A stretch of DNA of 64,000 nt from Deltaproteobacteria bacterium (GTDB taxonomy: Bacteria; Myxococcota; Kuafuiibacteriia; Kuafuiibacteriales; Kuafuiibacteriaceae): the NCBI GenBank assembly GCA_040218735.1, contig JAVJQW010000057.1:32001-96000 (forward strand), written 5' to 3'. This document shows positions 63,447 through 64,000 of this stretch, piece by piece. Made by a program: the position numbers and the translations under genes. A model generated the notes under the pieces. It was not told the DNA's origin and made no database searches. It was given only the letters and a program-made list of their open reading frames with translations. Every line of letters begins with the position of its first letter. Positions within the stretch are counted from its first letter, which is position 1.

Positions 63447-64000
63447 ATGAGTGTCCAATACGAAGGCGAGCGACCACCCCGCTCTTGGATGGTGCGGATC
63501 TTCCGGTTCGTCGTGTTCTCGAGCCTCGTCGCCGGTGTCGTCGGGCTCGTCGTGGGCCTGATCGCCTACGGCATCTTCGCGCAGGAAATCCCGGACTTCG
63601 AGTCGCTCGACGACTACCGACCCAAGCTCGTCACCCAGATCTACGACCAGTCCGGGCAGACGATCGGCGAGGTGTTCAAGGAACGGCGCGTCGTCGTCCC
63701 GTACGACCACCTGCCCCCACGTCTCGTGCAGGCGTTCCTCGCCTCCGAGGACGATCGCTTCTTCGAGCACTCCGGCATCGACTACTGGGGCATCGTCCGC
63801 GCCGCGTGGGCCAACCTCAAGGCCGGCCGCGTCGTGCAGGGCGGCTCGACGGTCACGCAGCAGGTCGCCAAGTCGCTGATCATCTCCGAGGAGGGGTACA
63901 AGGCCGGCTCCGCGAAGAAGCTGTCCCGCAAGATCAAGGAGGCGATCCTCGCGCGGCGCCTGGAGAAGAAGCTCTCCAAGCAGGACATCCTGACGCTCTA
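63447..64000 (+). CDS. mrcA: Class A penicillin-binding protein 1A (3' partial)
   Basis: Translated by hand (absent from the ORF track): N-terminal TM, EDDRFFEHSGID, QGGSTVTQQVAK, RKIKE. Confidence 0.92.
   Translation, partial: MSVQYEGERPPRSWMVRIFRFVVFSSLVAGVVGLVVGLIAYGIFAQEIPDFESLDDYRPKLVTQIYDQSGQTIGEVFKERRVVVPYDHLPPRLVQAFLASEDDRFFEHSGIDYWGIVRAAWANLKAGRVVQGGSTVTQQVAKSLIISEEGYKAGSAKKLSRKIKEAILARRLEKKLSKQDILTL

Noticed and set aside
1-64000. tRNA, rRNA, IS elements, integrases, prophage or defence systems
   Set aside because: No recognisable signatures by eye; tRNAscan, Rfam and DefenseFinder would be needed to exclude them formally.

Overview
High-GC, gene-dense bacterial DNA, most likely Myxococcota (AglZ-like protein, myxobacterial-type IF3 with an AUC start, sigma54 signals, many Cys-rich lipoproteins). 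It holds about 50 CDSs; I saw no rRNA, tRNA, CRISPR array or transposase. Housekeeping genes (ribA, folE, hslO, murB, bamD, infC, PBP1A, DUF368) alternate with accessory surface and signalling genes. The most notable region is 42-53 kb. It encodes a 1197-aa dikinase whose domain order and collinear motifs resemble plant alpha-glucan water dikinase (GWD), a transglutaminase-like protein, a possible RNase A-like toxin with no immunity gene, and a protein with glutamine synthetase/amidoligase-fold motifs. Other points: a self-contained sigma54 module (kinase, activator, perfect 20-bp palindrome, -24/-12 promoter, three membrane genes), an orphan PilY1, a peptidase-propeller-Omp85 fusion, and a lipoprotein with 7 IPT and 7 FG-GAP repeats divergent from aglZ. 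All family assignments come from reading motifs by eye; no searches were run.
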